From Rhodosorus marinus CCMP1338 (lineage: Eukaryota; Plantae; Rhodophyta), in the NCBI GenBank assembly GCA_029953675.1, contig JAMWBK010000001.1:1260001-1508000 (forward strand): a stretch of 248,000 nt of DNA. Reading direction: 5' to 3'. The position numbers and the translations under genes were made by a program. Of the stretch, positions 179,591-194,600 are shown piece after piece. Below the pieces are notes generated by a model. It was not told the origin of the DNA, did not search any database, and saw only the letters and a list, made by a program, of their open reading frames with translations. The stretch's first letter is position 1; each line of letters starts with the position of its first letter.

Positions 179591-182500
179591 CTTCCAGCGC
179601 GCTTTTCTGTCTTCTCAGAAAGAGGTGTAAAAACCAACCACGTCTGTTTTCGATCGGCGAAACCTAGCTGAAATTTCAGCAGCAGACTACTAGGAGCAAT
179701 GCTAGGAATAGCTTGTTATCAGCTTCACACAGAAGAAACAGCGTGAACTTTCTTTTAAGCGTCTGCTTGGTTTGGCAGCCTCTCCAACAGATTCCTCTTA
179801 TTCCCTCAACAAGTCGTTGCACTAATTCTGTTCCAGTTGTTCCAGTTGCACCTTCCCCCTCTCGTGCCAAATGATGTTTCACAATCCCCACACTAAATTT
179901 ATATACACTCTAGCAGTACCCCAGGTCCAAGCTCGCAAACGTCGACATGGAGGTCTTTACCACTTTAGTTGGTTTTGTCTCTTTACGGCGTCTAGCCCGC
180001 CAAATCTCCAGATGGTTGGAACCAATCAAAAGAGCTTTTTGGCGCATGCTAAAATTAGAACTTGACTTTAGATTTCGAACGGAAAGAGAATCTCGGCATA
180101 TGATCGCCCAGTCTAGTTGTGCACATCTGAGGGGTCCAAAATTTTCTCCTCGAAGAGTAGAATATAATAGTGTTGTCATGTACCGTCCGATAAGGTTTAT
180201 CGGACAGTACGGATATTTTTTGAAGTGGAAAGACTATTGAAACACAGCATAAGACGAATGGGTGTCCAAATAAACTTATTCCAAAAACAGGTCCGATTGC
180301 CCGTCCGATAAACAGGACCGATAAATCGTCCGAAGTTCAATCAACGTTAGTCTAATAATCAATCATCTCCAGTCCAGGTATTGAATCATGATTACTTCTT
180401 GGAATGGCTCGTGTATCATGAATCATCATTACTTCTCCTAATGACCAGCTGACACTATCATGTAATGAATCATGATTATTTCTGGACTCGACAGGCTGGC
180501 AAACGTTGGTTGAAGATTGCGGTTAAGGTGGCAAGGACTTGGAGTAGAACAAGCGAGTTCCGAAGGGAGTTGTCTCGTGTCCTCTGGTAGCGTGAGTACT
180601 TTGGGGATCGACCATATGGTTGGTCGCGTTTCAGTGTCTTTTTGGGTTAACCCAGTGGTGGAGTTCAACCGCCGTTATTCTCGAGGCGAGTTCTTTGTGC
180701 CGTTCGTATTCCTTAGCCCCCGGGGGACTTAATTCTCGGAGCAAGCCGAGTGGACTTTTTCTTCGAGCCACATAGCCAGGAGCTTCAATAGTTTGGTAAC
180801 CATGAGTTCTGCCCGCATCGCAGACATTGGCATTTTGTCGCCCGCTCTCGTCTATGAAATCGCTGAAACCCTCCCAGACCACACTCTTCCTCTTCCCCTT
180901 CCCTATTCTTCACTACTAGGAATTTCAACTACAGTTCCCGAACGAAGACTTTCCTTGCTGCCCTAGTGCTCGTAGAACCATCCTAGTGGACCTCGGAAAA
181001 TATTGGGACCCTTACGTCCTCGGAATTTGCTAGCCTTTGTAAGTGGATTATCAACGGTAAGTCCTTGGAATCTCGTAACTCTTGTATGTGGATTGGTACC
181101 GTTGGAAATGCAGACAGCAAATGATCACATTGTTTATTCATCAACGGAAAAACCACCTGAGAGCAGGAAACCTAGCAAAACCGACCTGTACGATCCCACC
181201 AAAAAAGGTAGTAAGTCCTCGTATATTGATGAAAATCAAACGTTAGTCAAAACACAAACTCTGAAAAAGAAGAAATCCGAGCTAAGGGTAGGCGGGAGGG
181301 GCGGATCTCCATAAAGAGGAGCAGCAATGCAGCCCCAAATAACAAACCCTGAGCTCCTCCAACAATTTCAGTAGCCCCGCTGGCACAGGATGATTTCCTT
181401 CATCCACACAGCAATGGAACTAATCGATATCCTAAATATCCGAGGAGCAAAGGAGAGGCCATCAGCCCAGGTGGAGTCGGCAGGCAGTGAAACCCTTGGA
181501 TACTCCGCAGGACTTAATCCCTCGGTTCAAGTTCCTTGGCACTTGCTCATATGCTCTCACACCCTATCACCAGATAGTTGGCCACCGTAAATATAATATA
181601 AACGGTTATCGGACCGTCCGATAACCGTTTATTGGAGTTGTCTCTAGTAATAAGAGGTACTTTCTGTATAATTTTATCGGACTGGAATATAATAGGGCTT
181701 CCTCCGATAAATTTTCCGATAACGATCAATTGCGTCCGATATTTTTCAATGATTTTCTCTTCTTTTTCGGTGCATGGTCGTTTGCCGACTCGACTAAGGT
181801 TTGATTTTCTTCAATACGCGAGGTTGTGATTACACCTTCCATGATATCCCGAAGGTGGGTATGGCTCGATCAACAAATGCTTTGACAGCCTGTCGAAATC
181901 AGAAGTAATCTGTCCGGGAGGTTCTCACTTAATCATAATCATGATTCATTGCATGATAATGGAAGCTTGTCATGGCGAGGACAGCTTAGGCGTAAACATG
182001 ATTCACGATAAGCGAGCATTGACCCAAGAAGTTGTCAATGTTTCAATAACAGGACTTGGAGATGATTGACTATTAGACTGATGTTGATTGAATATCGGAC
182101 GACTTATCGGACCTGTTTATCGGACGGGTATTCGGACCTGTTTTTTCGAAGAATATCAATCGGACACACGCTGCTTTTATACTTGTTTTCAATAGTCTAT
182201 CCCCCGCTCCAAAAAAATTATTGGTAATATATAATCGTGCCGTCCGATAACGTTTGTCGGACGACACGATGATCGGACGGCACATGCCAACGCTACTTAT
182301 AGCCTTGCCTTGAGGATGGGTACAAAATCTACAGACGTCAGGCAGAGACAATGTTCACTATCTTCACTGCTGACAACGGGATCGGCAACGCTCACCCTAA
182401 AAAATCAATATTTTGTAGCTAATCAATGCCACGTCAGATCATGTGGGAGTTAGTCATTGGATTTTTTCGCTAATCCAGAGTGGGTCCAACTCAATGGGTG

Positions 182501-183169
182501 GCTTTATTCCGCGATGTATAATCGATTCCTACAGATTGAATGAGTACAAATTGGTTTCATTGAATATAAATTTGATGAATGGGAGACTGAATTGTGTGTT
182601 CAATGGAAGTATTTATTACCCGACGTAGCGGTTTCGTCATCTTTCATTCATCATTGGTAACCATTGCTATAATTAAATATAAAAACATCCCAATATTTAA
182701 GATACTACTTCATACAATTTATTCTTTTTTCAGTTTGGTATGAACTACCATTTTTAAATATGTGTATTTGCCAACCATTCCATTGACCACCCACCCAGTT
182801 CAACCCGTCCGTCCTACAAGACTGATGCTTTGTTACCCCAGTGCCAGTCGATCTCGTCCAAGAAACAAAAGCTTGGGTAACGCTTTTTTATGGGGACGGC
182901 TGGCAAACCGGCAATTCCACCCCTTGGTTTGGTGAAAGCTTTATATTCCACGGGGCAGTGCTGTCAGGGGCTGTTGAGGAACCAAGTCACAGTCTGTCTC
183001 TAAATGAAGAACCTTCTAGAAGTCAAACTGATTAGATTTAGGATATGCTTTGGTATTGCTCAGCCGGAGAAACGGGTCGCTAAATACCGTTTTAGAGCAG
183101 CATCTATGTACAGTTTACGGAATGGACTGGTCAAGCTGCGCATCGACCACAAGGTCCGACGCCTAGTGG

Positions 183170-185970
183170 CCATGTGGACTACGTACCCAAGCCTTGTACG
183201 TAACTGTATCCTTTACTGGTCAGCTGCCTACTGCAGCGCAACACTAATTCTATCACTATCTAGGGAAATGATCAGGCTCAACCCGGGCTCCCTGGGTCAC
183301 TAGTTACGATAAAAAGAAAAATAAGGAATCAGCGGCTGCTCAGACTGATCCACCCGCAGAGAGCTTAGTGCGAGCTCTGCGTTGCCTGCCCAAAGTGTAC
183401 GGTTTACTTGCGCTCTCACGTCGCGTAACTTTTCCTGCTTTGTCAGCATATGGGCACACCCATCTCGTAGGAAATCCTGGGTGATTTGACCGGTTCTGCC
183501 AAAGGTTTCAATCGCTATCCGGATGAACACATCATCGGGATGTTCAGTCGCCATGGCCTCCTTGTAGTGCGCTAAATTCCATCTCTCAGCATGTTTCGTG
183601 GCGTATCCGTTGGTGTTGTGGCTCTTAGGTAGGTGTCGTGCTTGGAGGGGCGAGATTACGGTCACAACAATGGCAAAACGTTGCCATGTCCTAGGGTGGA
183701 TACCCACTAGATCAGGTCGCAGATTCGAGTTCGTAAAGTAGTCCATGGGTTCCTGATTGACCTCTCGAAATTGCCAATGGTTAAGCCATCTTGCCAGCTT
183801 AGTACATATCTCATCATGGCGCCTTTGCCACAGCCCAGACCAGGTACACAGTGGTGAAATATTTGTACTTTTTTAGTACGGTGCGTACTATGACAGGTAG
183901 TACACAGCTCCGTCGTCCGTAATCCTAGAATCGGCGGCGCAACAGTTGTCGAATATTCACCTGGATTCCCAGATCAAGCACTCTACACAGCGGCATGCCC
184001 GGCCATCGGGAACGGCAGTACACGCCGAGTTCAAAGTTCAGAAAGCCCCAGGCAGAGTAGAAGACGCTCACCTCCGAACCGTTGGACGCCCAGGCCCGCA
184101 GTTTCAGCAAGCTGCTCTCAGACAGCCGCACGTACGGTGGGAGGTCTTCCTGGGGACCAGAGACCACACCGGTACTCGCCACCCTCAGGAACGTACGACC
184201 CCTACGACAGGATGAGGTGGCCCCCTCTGACTTTACAACGGTTCTTTATCGAGCCTTAGGGCTCCCAAGCCCTTATGAGGTGCACGTGGACCTCATTGCC
184301 TCCCACGCCAGCTTGCTATGTCACCCGGACGCGATTCCGAAAAGCGCCATTACCCGGGGAGTTTGCATCCTCTACCCTGCGACATCCCGATCGACAAGTC
184401 AGCCTCTACACCGGTCAGGCCCTGGAGGTCGACAACTTGTTGGGTTACAATGAACGTCAACGCCTCGCACAAACGGACAACACGACACGCGGCCCAGACA
184501 ATGAAGAGGGAGATCGAACACATTGTTAGGATCCGCTCGAGGCTGAGCAGGAGGCAACTCTTCTTCAATACTCTCGCGGTGATACACGAGTATCTGGATG
184601 CAAGGCTCACCGCCCTACAAGCCGGGCAACCTCCAACATAGGTACCCGGGGAGAGTGCGGAACCCCCAGTGCCTGCAGCCCCTGCGAACGCAGACCCTGA
184701 AGCCTCGCCCTATCGAGGCGACGCACAGGCAGCCCGTGGGCAATCGAGAATCTGGGTGATTCAAGGGGACATCCATGTAACCAGGAGGATACACCAGAGG
184801 GCAACCCCCACGCGGAGCTTCTCTGCAACCTTCCGGAGCCTCCACAACCGAAGCGTTCGCGAGCACGCGTTGTCGGCACAATCCCAGATACGAAGATGAC
184901 CCCGGCACCTGTAGAGACCCCATGAGCCAACACCTTGCCACAGCCTAACCTTGACGGCAACCAACACCAGATGGACACAAGGGATAGTCAGGAAAAAAAA
185001 CAACACGCCCAATAATGCCCAGCAGACGTAGGGGAATCAAACGACGACGAGAGGAGCCTCTGTTCTTCTCCAATCGTCAAGACTGGATCAAACGCTGGAC
185101 GGACTTCGTAGACGACATTACGGAAGGAGGCATGCAAAGGACACGCATTACACACTGCCCGGTCCCCACAAGGCGCTTTGTGCCTCGCGCCCACGTCAAT
185201 ACTTGGAACCGCCTCCTCAGCGCTGCACTTGAGCTTTCCATAGCCAGCGCCGCACCAACGAACGCGAGCCTGCTCCTCGTTGGACTTCCAGGCCTGGTAC
185301 TAGGATACTCTGCCCTTGTCTGGGGTTGCAACAAACCCTCTCCAGAGAGGCACGCCATGCAGCTTTCCAAAGCCTGGTATCCCACAGGCAAATTTCGGCT
185401 GAAGATCGGGCCAGAATTCGGTCCGCAGCCGGCGCTGGATCAGGAGTGTGGTTACTGGAAATGCCGACGCTCGCGCCGAAAAAGCTGAGTACAGCAGAAC
185501 TGCAAGTGAATGTACGACAGCTGTTGGGTTTGCCGATACCGGGAATACGGACGTCGGGGAAGTGTACTAGTTGTGGTAGTAGTCATCGTACTAACGGCGT
185601 ACAAAGGTTTCACCACTGCCCAACATCGACGGGACTATGGCAGCGAAGGCACGACGAAATCTGTACGGAGCTGAAGCGATGGCTGAATCGCTGGAGTTTC
185701 ATCGACATTGAGCAACAACCGGAGGTGTACTTTGAGAACTACCGACTAAGACCGGATATCATTGCCACTCATCCCTAGTTCCAAAGATAGCGATAGGTGC
185801 TCTGCGAGTGGACCAGTTGGCGAATCCACTGGTCCCTGTTTTCGTTTGAACGTAGCATGAGACCCCGGTAGCGGGGTTAACGTAAGCTTTTCCCTAGATA
185901 GTAGTAGAACTAGTGATACGCTGCAGTAGGCAGCTGCGCAGTAAAGTTTACGGTTAAGCTAGTCTGGGGC
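183170..185970. mobile_element. Family C elements: 3' fragment (-) and internally deleted copy (+, ~184020-185970)
   Basis: ORF1 ATLRNVRP; ORF2 begins at TAATG (185013-185017); FHHCPTSTGLWQRRHDE, RPDIIATHP; tail AGTCTGGGG. Confidence 0.75.
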
Positions 185971-185999
185971 CAAGGACTCTTCCCAGAACCTGCGGCAGG

Positions 186000-188640
186000 T
186001 CACTTACCAGACGAGGTGGCGGAGGCCCTGGACTAGCTGCACAACACTGACAACACGACTCTTAAGAGCCGATGGGGTCCCACAAAAGCCGCTGATGAGG
186101 GCCTCCCGTCGATTGTGGCACGTCTTCCGCAGAGCAAGAGCCCAGGGCCCAGTGGAATGCCGAGGATGAGTATTGGCATCAACTCCGGGAAGCAGGCTTC
186201 AGCTACCAGTGCCGCCACTCTCCTGTCGATCCCGTTGAACGCGTTCTCCAAGTCGAGTTTCAGCAGCGCGTGTTGAGGTTCGTACTGTAATAAGTGGGCT
186301 TGAACGGCGTGTAGGGCTTGTTTACATCCGCGACGAACGGATATTTCCAGTTGTTTTGGAGCAAGAAACGTGCTCAGTCTACTTGAAACCTCGCGAAGCA
186401 CCCACTGGGCTGCCAACTCTCGTAAAACTTCTGGAACCGCGATCATTCTAACACGAACTCGTCGAGGGACTTCGACTTCAGAGGCGTATTCCTTGTCGGG
186501 CTTTATGAAGGGCAGCAGTCGGCTGCTACTCAGGGCTTGCCGCAGCGTACGTGGAAATATTTCAGGGTTCTTCACGAGACAGCGCAGGAACCGTATCAGC
186601 AGAGGCCTTCGTTGGAGTCACTGCCTGCAGACGCTCGGCGCGAAGGCCTCAGGACCCGTTTTTGGCAGGTGTCAATAGACACCTATTTATCACGTCAGAC
186701 GGGTTCCATTGGCGGGGAGGGTGCTCCCTAGCTTCGTCGAGAATTCGGTTCATTTCTTTCGCAACATCCGGATGTAACGGTTCCATCGACGCCTCTGGAA
186801 ATAGCTCACACAGAGCATTCCACGTGGACGACGTCTGCGGTGCGAGCTCCGTGGCCTCCAGGCGCTGTGCAGCTGCAGAGAGGCGTCCAGAATGGGCCAG
186901 CTTCACGACCTGTCTATTTTGTCCAAGTCTCTCTCTGGTTATCAGCTCTCCTCTCACGAGGAGAGGGCTGACTGGTGGTAGCCATATTTAACGCCTTCCA
187001 TACAACTGAGAATTCACCCTCCAAGCCGTGCCCCATTTGTTCCCCGATCTGAAGATCACAGATCCCTAGCGCCAGGCCAGGTAGTGCCATGATGAAGAGG
187101 CGTAAAAGCGGAGCCGCTGCAGTGTTCAATGCGAGACCTAGAGCACGGTGGAGTAGTAGGTCCAAATTTTTCACCTGGGCATCAGGTACGTGTTCACGGG
187201 TCCGTACAGGGCTAATTTTTTCTGTGACCATCCACCAGCGGCGGCCGTCGTCCGTATGTGCAACTAGGAACATGTGAAGCCGTTGTTCCCAAGTCTCCGG
187301 ATCCGTGGTGATCAGCGCGGTGTCTTGCAGCCGCTTTCTCGAACCTGGGACGCTCATGATTGGACGTTTTCGGGCGCAGATGGGGTAACCTCCTGTCTCG
187401 GCTTCTTCAGAGATCGTATCTCGTCGGTGACGGGGGTATTTTCATCATGAACCACTTCCATAGTTCTCGGCTGGGCCTCTGAGCTGCCGGTACCCGAAGT
187501 TTCAGAAGGCCCAATATCTGGCGGTAATTCGCTTTGTGCATTGCCCGGTGTGACTTCGGGAATCGGTGCACTTTCGTTATCGGCTCCTGTCTGCAGGGGG
187601 ATCTGACTCTCTCCTTCCGTGACAGTGGAGACCATGCGGTGGGGTGCGGGTTCCCGCGACTCAAGGCGCGAGCGCAGATACTCCATGAGAGCATCCAGGT
187701 GCACATGGATGGAAGCCGAGGTAGTGAACGGCATCGAACGCAGGGAAATCAGGCTCTAAACTCTCTCCATATCTTCAATGGCTCGTTCAAGTGTGCGTTG
187801 GCTGACTTCATGTGTCTGCAGTGTGAGCCTCTCATTGTACCCGATCAGGTTCCGCGCTTCTGGCTCGACTCCGGTGTGAATTGTTACCTAGTGATCTTGG
187901 AGGCGTCTCGCGAAGGATCCAAACACATCTGAGCGGAACACTCCCCTCGCAATGGCGCTGGTGATCAATGGTATCGGGTCAGGATGACATACCAGCAGTG
188001 CGTGGGCGGCGACAAAATCGATATGTGCAATCAGGTGTACCGGAATACCCAACGCTGTGCACAGGACTTGTTTGTAATCCGAGAGCGCCACCAATTCGTT
188101 GCGCGGCGGGCGTACGTTGCGCTGCGGGCGTACGTTGCGCAACGTGGCGAGCACCGGGTCCGTATCGGGGCCCCGTCTACTTCCTCCAACCGTGGCGTGC
188201 AGTTGTCTGAGGGCTGTCTGCTGATTCATCCGGGCTGCCTTCGCTGCACGCTGTGCGTACGTGCCACTGGGAGGGGTATATCCCAAGGTGGGGAATGCTA
188301 GATCCTGTTGTCCCACCCGGACTGTCCCGGACTCCGCTGTCCCAGTTGCTGTTGTCCCATGGTGTGCAACCCTCGGTGTCCCACCCCAGACTCCTCTGTT
188401 GACTGATCCATGGATTGACTCCCAAGTTGATAGGGTATCTTCTGGTTCTGTCCACGGCGCGCGGGTGACTTCCTTGCGGCACTTCCGAGGGGTTCCACAG
188501 CATGGGGTTTGCACCCAAACGCTCCAGTTGATCATTAATCCCCTTCAGGTCAGCCGCTGTGCCTGCCCTGGAGTACAACCGGTCGACATTAACGAAAATA
188601 CGCTGCAATCTGCGACTGCCACCCCAATATCTTCATTGGT
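186000..188640 (-). mobile_element. Family C-related element, 5' half (ORF1 + N-terminal ORF2), degenerate
   Basis: ORF1 LATLRNVRPQ; ATGA overlap at 187354-187357; HALLKLDLENAFNGIDR RT motif. Confidence 0.7.
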
Positions 188641-188656
188641 AGACATTGATTAAGAG

Positions 188657-191600
188657 CAGTTTTTGGTTTCGTGAGGGTGTATGGTGCTGGCTTTTGGTGG
188701 TTTTGAGTCGCAATTGTGTTCTTCGGTGGGAGGCGCTTCTTTCTGCAGCCTTTCCCCCGCATCTTCTAGTGGTATGGTGCGTGCTGGAGGGTGCTAGCGC
188801 CCCTTGGAGGGCGTTGGTGGCTTTTCTTTGGTTGCAAACGTTGGGAACAAGTTCTCTTTTTGGGGGTTTCGTGGGGGAATCGGTTTTTCACACCTTCCAA
188901 TCGTTATGGTTGGGGTTTCCCCACCCATTCCGGCGGACGGAGCCGTTCTCTCAGCGCGCGTGGAGCTCAGCGTGGGCGGGTTTAGTACCGCGGCCACCCT
189001 CACGGACTGCGCTGACGAGTTAGCCGATGGGATCTGCTCGAAACTGACGAGTCTTCTTGTGACTGCTTCCCAGGAACACCGCCTGCCCCTGCTGATCGCC
189101 TATTTGGAGCGCTTCTCCGCCTCCGCGCCTGCCCCATACCCCCCGGTGCCCGTCCCCGCGGATCCGCACGGTACAGCGGGGCCTGCCTCCACCCGACCCG
189201 AGCGCTCCGCTCCGGTCATTCCTGATTCCGACTGGCCTACCCCTATTCAAAGACAGACGCCTCCTGGGCCCGCGTCGGGCCCGAATCCTGCTCCCTCCAG
189301 TGCCCCACGTGCGACCTATTCGCAGGTCCTGCGCAGGGGCTCTTCTGAACAACGCACGACGGCAATGGTGCGTATGATGCCACAACACATCCCTATTGAC
189401 TCTTCTCGCCAACTATCTCCGTTCCACTTTGTTTGGATGACGAACGTGCGTCCCCAGCCCCCCTCTTGTGGTCGGGGCCGCGCGCCCGTCCACTACCGCG
189501 ATTTTCGCGACACCATGGCTTCCTCCCTTGGGGTCGCCCCGTCTGAATTCCTATATGTGGACTCCACGGGCCCTCATGCCTGTTTTATTGTTACTGACTC
189601 GGCTTACCAGTTCCTTCAATCGCTTGTAACAACCCCCGCGCCCCAGCGCTCTGCTCTGGCCAACATGATTCTGACTCGTCCTCACGTCTCTTTGTTTGTC
189701 GAGTTCGATCGTTTTGACGCCGGCTGGGTTCCTCCGTCGGCCTTGCAAAACCTGGATGCCTCGCAGGCTTCGGTTGTCGCGCTACACACTCATGCGGCGC
189801 GGCTCTCGCGCATACAGGCGAGCCTCTTCGCGCGTTTTCCTCCTCGCGGGGTCCTCCGCACCGCGCTAGAGGCCTTCTTCTCCACTGAGGCCACCCTGCT
189901 GGAAGCCCACCCTGCGTTTGACCTTCTGCCGCCGACTCCTGAGCACCCTTCCTCCCCTCGCCCTGTCTCCGAGGCTCGTGACAGAAGCACCATCGGCCTC
190001 TCCGAATCCGCTGGCTCTGGACACCCTCAGTCAAGACTCCGCTGCTGAAAACCCTGTGTCTACTTTCTTCAGGTCTTTTAGTTCCTTCGTGCGCCCCCCA
190101 CGTAAGCGTCGTGCGGCTCCTAAGCCTCCCTCCGAGGCACCTCCTCCGGATATTCGATCTGCCTTCCCGACTGAGGGGAGGCCCGATGTCTGAGTCTTCC
190201 TCCTCCGCGTGCGTGTCGTCCCGGTTACCCCTGTTTACCAGTGACCGCTCAGCCTGGCATGAGCGTGTTCTCTCGTGGTTTTCGCACCTTGTCGCCTCCT
190301 ACCCGGACGGTTCCCTTCCCCTTTGTCGTCAGAGCACGGCCGTACGGCTCCCTCGTCGACTTCATAAGCCCCTAGGATTGGTGTTGGATTTTCTCTGGCA
190401 GCAGGTCGCCGCGAACCCTCACTGCTCTCTTCGCTGGGAACTCTTGTTCTTTTTTCCCCGCCTCGTGCTCACCTCCTCTACCGTCCCCCTCAACCCACAT
190501 CCTCGCCGGGTCCACCCTCGCCGAAAACTGCAAATGTTCCTTTCCGGCGACTTTGAGGACCTCGAACGTCTTTATTTCGCTTCTCTCTCTTCCTTTTCTC
190601 CTAGTGCTCCCTCAGCTTTTAGGTCTTCTCGACAGAATCGGGCGCGTCACGCGGTGGCAGGCGGTGATCTGCGGCGGGCAGCCGGGATCCTCCAGCAGCG
190701 GCAACCTGTGGTTCCGTACTCCGATGATCTTTCTTCACCGCTCCGTTTGCTCTTTCCCTCGGAAGGCTCCCCTTGGGACTCCTCGTTTGAATCAGTGTTG
190801 GAAGAGTACCGCGCCGCGCCACATCCCAGTGCGCGGTTAGTGGTCAACCTGGAGGCGGTGCGTGAGTTGGTTCATGATGCTCCGAAGGGCCGTTCCCCAG
190901 GGCCCTCGGGGCTGCGGGTGGAATATCTCCGTTTCTTAAGTGATGAAGGTTTGAAGGCGTTGGCGTGGGTGGTCGAAGCGCTTGTGAATGGTGATCCCCT
191001 GTGTGAGTGTGCGTGGTTCTTGGTCGGGCGTTCGCAGTTGTGTCTGCTTTCGAAGCCCGGCCACACGGCCTCGAGCCCTGCTATTCGCCCTATTGGCCTG
191101 GTTGAGGTGGTCCGCAAATTGGCGGCGCGATGGTTAGTGAAAATCCTGGTTCCCGAATCCCGCCGTTTCTTTGGGCACGTGCAGTTAGGCGTGGGCTATC
191201 GTGGTGGCTGTGAGTTGTTGTCTGTTTTACTCCGTTCGGAAATGGCGTACTCCCCAGATTCTGGGCTCCTCTCTGTAGATTTTACCAATGCGTTCAACCG
191301 CGTCTCTCGTCCGGCTCTCATGCACGTGGTGCGCGAAGTCTTCCCTGTAGGCTTTCCCTTTGTTAGTAGACTTTATTCTCCGCTTGGTCGTGGGGCTACC
191401 TATGACACCCTTGGCGCTTCCTCACACACGTTTGCGGCGCGCACAGGGGTACAACAGGGTGATCCCTTGTCCCCTTTCCTACATGCCTGTGGACTACAAC
191501 TCGTCTTGCTTTGTCTTCGCTCCGAATTCCCGCAGGTTCGTACGGTTGCATACCACGACGACGTGTGCCTCCTGGGGCCCCCTGATACTCTAGCACTCGC

Positions 191601-194600
191601 TTATGATCGTCTCCGCTCCTTGGCTTCGCGGGTTGACTTGGAGGTTAATCATCACAAATCGTTCTACTGGGGAGGTGTAGCTGCACACGAGCAGCAGGTA
191701 CCTGCGTCGTTCCAGGATATTTGGAGACCGGATGGTTTTGTCCACTTAGGCATCCCCTACGGGTCGCCGTCCTTCGTTGAAGGCGAGTTGCGGCAGCTCC
191801 TCGGTAAGCACAGACAGCTGGTTGCAGAGCTTCGCCGGCTCCCTCCGGGCTTTCTCCAGTGCGCGTTGTTGCTGTATCGGTATTGTTGCAGTCAGCGGTT
191901 AACCTATTGGCTTCGCTCATTTCCAACTCATTGGGGCCGGTGGTTGGCCACTCGTGCGGATGCTGAAAGTTTCCGTGACCTGGGGTATTTTCTCGATGAA
192001 GAGCTGAGCGCTCTGGCGCGACCCACCTGTGATGTTGTGCGCGCCCAGGTAGGCCTCCCATTGCGATTGGGGGGACTGGGCCTCTGCAATCGTGTTGTGG
192101 TCCAACCTGCAGCCGCAGTAGGGGCCTGGGGAACCGCACTTCCCACTTTAAGCAGCTTGGGTATCTCGAAGTTCCGCAATTTGATGGCGAGCCTCTCGCG
192201 GGGTGTCTTGCTTCCCAGCGTACCGGAAAGCGCCCAAGAATTTTTTCTGGAGCTCCAAACCGCTCTGAATTCCTGTACTGTACTTTACTAGCATAGCCTG
192301 AAGCGCTACGCAAGGCGTGAAGATGAACCAATAACTAGGGAGGGAAGCATGCAACCCCAGGCGCCGATGGCGCACCTCGGAAAGCATGTCGCTGGAATAT
192401 CGCCAAAGGGAGACACTTAAACGCCTCAAGAGCGCCAAATATTCAGTAGGATGCTCAGAAAAACATTTCCGCAACCACTCTAAACCCGACTTATCCACGT
192501 GACCAAAGCTTTCCACAATGAATGGCTGGAACCGGTGAGAGCGACCCTCAGCGCAAGGCAGACTGGCCATGCTCTCAGCATACCGTCGTTCCTTAACTCT
192601 TCGAAGGGCTGAAGCCGCGGCCCCCCGGCGGCGGGCGGCTGCGATGAGGTGGGCGCTGGCCACGGGGCAGGTAATCGCAAGGTCCACATATGTTGAGCGT
192701 CTGGCAGCAGCGTCGGAGACGAGGAGATCGGCTATACAACGGGGCGGTGCAGAGTCCGAGATGGATCTGGGCAGTTCCGACTCAACCTCAACCGTATGCC
192801 CTATCCGAGTCAAAAACTCGCTGAGGATGTACTTGAGGCGAGTGTGACGCCTCGTACGGAGACCTCGCAACAGTCCGCAGGAACCCAGGAAGTGGTAGCC
192901 ACAAGCGTCAATCCGGCTCTCACATCCCTGACAGAAAGACGGCCGATTAGAGTGCCACGGAGCCTGTGGCAAACCGAGATAGATCCGTGCGGCAGAACGG
193001 AACTGGAAAGCATCGAGACGATGACTCAATGACGACGGTAGAGTGGTTAACCGCAAGTGCGAGAGGTGGCCTCCCATGCCGCGGAGACGAGCGGCAGTGG
193101 TAGGCGGCGTGAGAGGAGAATTGAGCATGACTGTGTGAGCGGCACTGTGTTGGCCCCAGGTGAGGCTATGTTGAATCACATCAGTGCGGGAGCTCCACAA
193201 TCGGCTCAAACCCGGGTAGTCTGCAACAGGGGACCCGGGGCTAGCCTCTCCGTCATCGGCAAGAACTCGGTCGAGGGGACAATCCTCAATCGCTTCAGCT
193301 CGTCCCCATAACAGCTCCCTCCACGAACGAAAGCGGGACCGATTTGCGTCCGGCACGGCGTTGCACCTCCTGAACGCGTGTTGAAGACCATCATAAATTG
193401 TCAAAAGCGGGGGCGGCAGGGTCACTGGATCCTCGTTGGTCAAAGCTCGAGCCAAGAGGCAGGCACTTCGCATCTGGAAGGTCACCAACGTTCGCAGCGC
193501 GGTAGCCCAGGAGGCAACCGCCGCTGGCGAGCATACCAGCCCACGGTCTGCGACGCCGAATCCCCCCCATCGCAACGGTAGAGCGATCTGTGCACGAATA
193601 AAGTCTCTGTCGGGAGCAGCTTCAAGATCGAGGGGCTCATCCAAGAGCGTTCCCAAGTGTTGCAGGGTCATTTCGTCGGCTCTAGCCGCGATCCACGAGC
193701 CCCAAGCTGGAGGCAGGCTGCGCAACCAGTAGTTGAGTCTGGGACCGGCACAAAAGCGGGAAAGCAAGCAGGCCGATTGCAGCATGCTGTCGGGTAGGTG
193801 CTCAATGGCGTCGGTGAGTTGCTTGTGCCGTGCCAAAACTCGCTCGCAGGATGCTTGGACAAAGTTGTCAGTCCCCAATCCGACGCCGTGGTGTTCGAAC
193901 CCTTCACGTTCGCTGATTAGTCGCAGAGTGGGTGGCAGAGAGGTCAGCGACACGTCCCTCGGGGGGAGAAAGCGACATTTTTCTGTTTCCACAGTCAAAC
194001 CGACGCGACGTGCAATCGCTTCGATCGCGGTCAGTCCCCTAGCCAGGTGTCAGGGGTGCCCAGCAATGTTACGTCATCGTGGTACGCGCAGATTCGAAGA
194101 TCCGAGACCTCAGTCGAAAGACGTAAAAGTACGAGCTGTAGGGCACAGGCATGAAGAAGAGGTCCGCAAGGGTCGCCTGGTTGGACGCCAGTATGTGCTT
194201 GAAAAACAGTGCCCTCCGTTGTCAAGTAGGGGAGGCTCTCCCCTCCGTAAATACCCGATAGAAACGGCCACGCCTCCGGAAACACCCGTCGGAGCACCTC
194301 TAGCGCATGCGTCCGCGACAAGCTGTTGAATGCGTTCCGGAAATCAACCACCAAGACTCCCCACTCCGGCCTACTGGCGCGTTCTAGCTCGATCCCAGAG
194401 GTGATCAGTTCGCAACCCCCAGAAAATCCCACCCCTACTTCCAAGGGCGCCATAAAAGCTGTGACGCGCTGGCGAAGGCGCTGGCATAGCCACCTCCCGG
194501 CTAACTTCCGTAGGCTCTCCACCATCCCGATCGGCCGGAGACGCGGGTGGGCCGGCTGGTGGTCAGGTTTCGTGAGCAAGCAAAGCTGTGCCTGCCGGAG

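Larger units (their letters stand above)
175224..182775 (+). repeat. Segmental duplication copy 2
   Basis: See copy 1. Confidence 0.88.
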
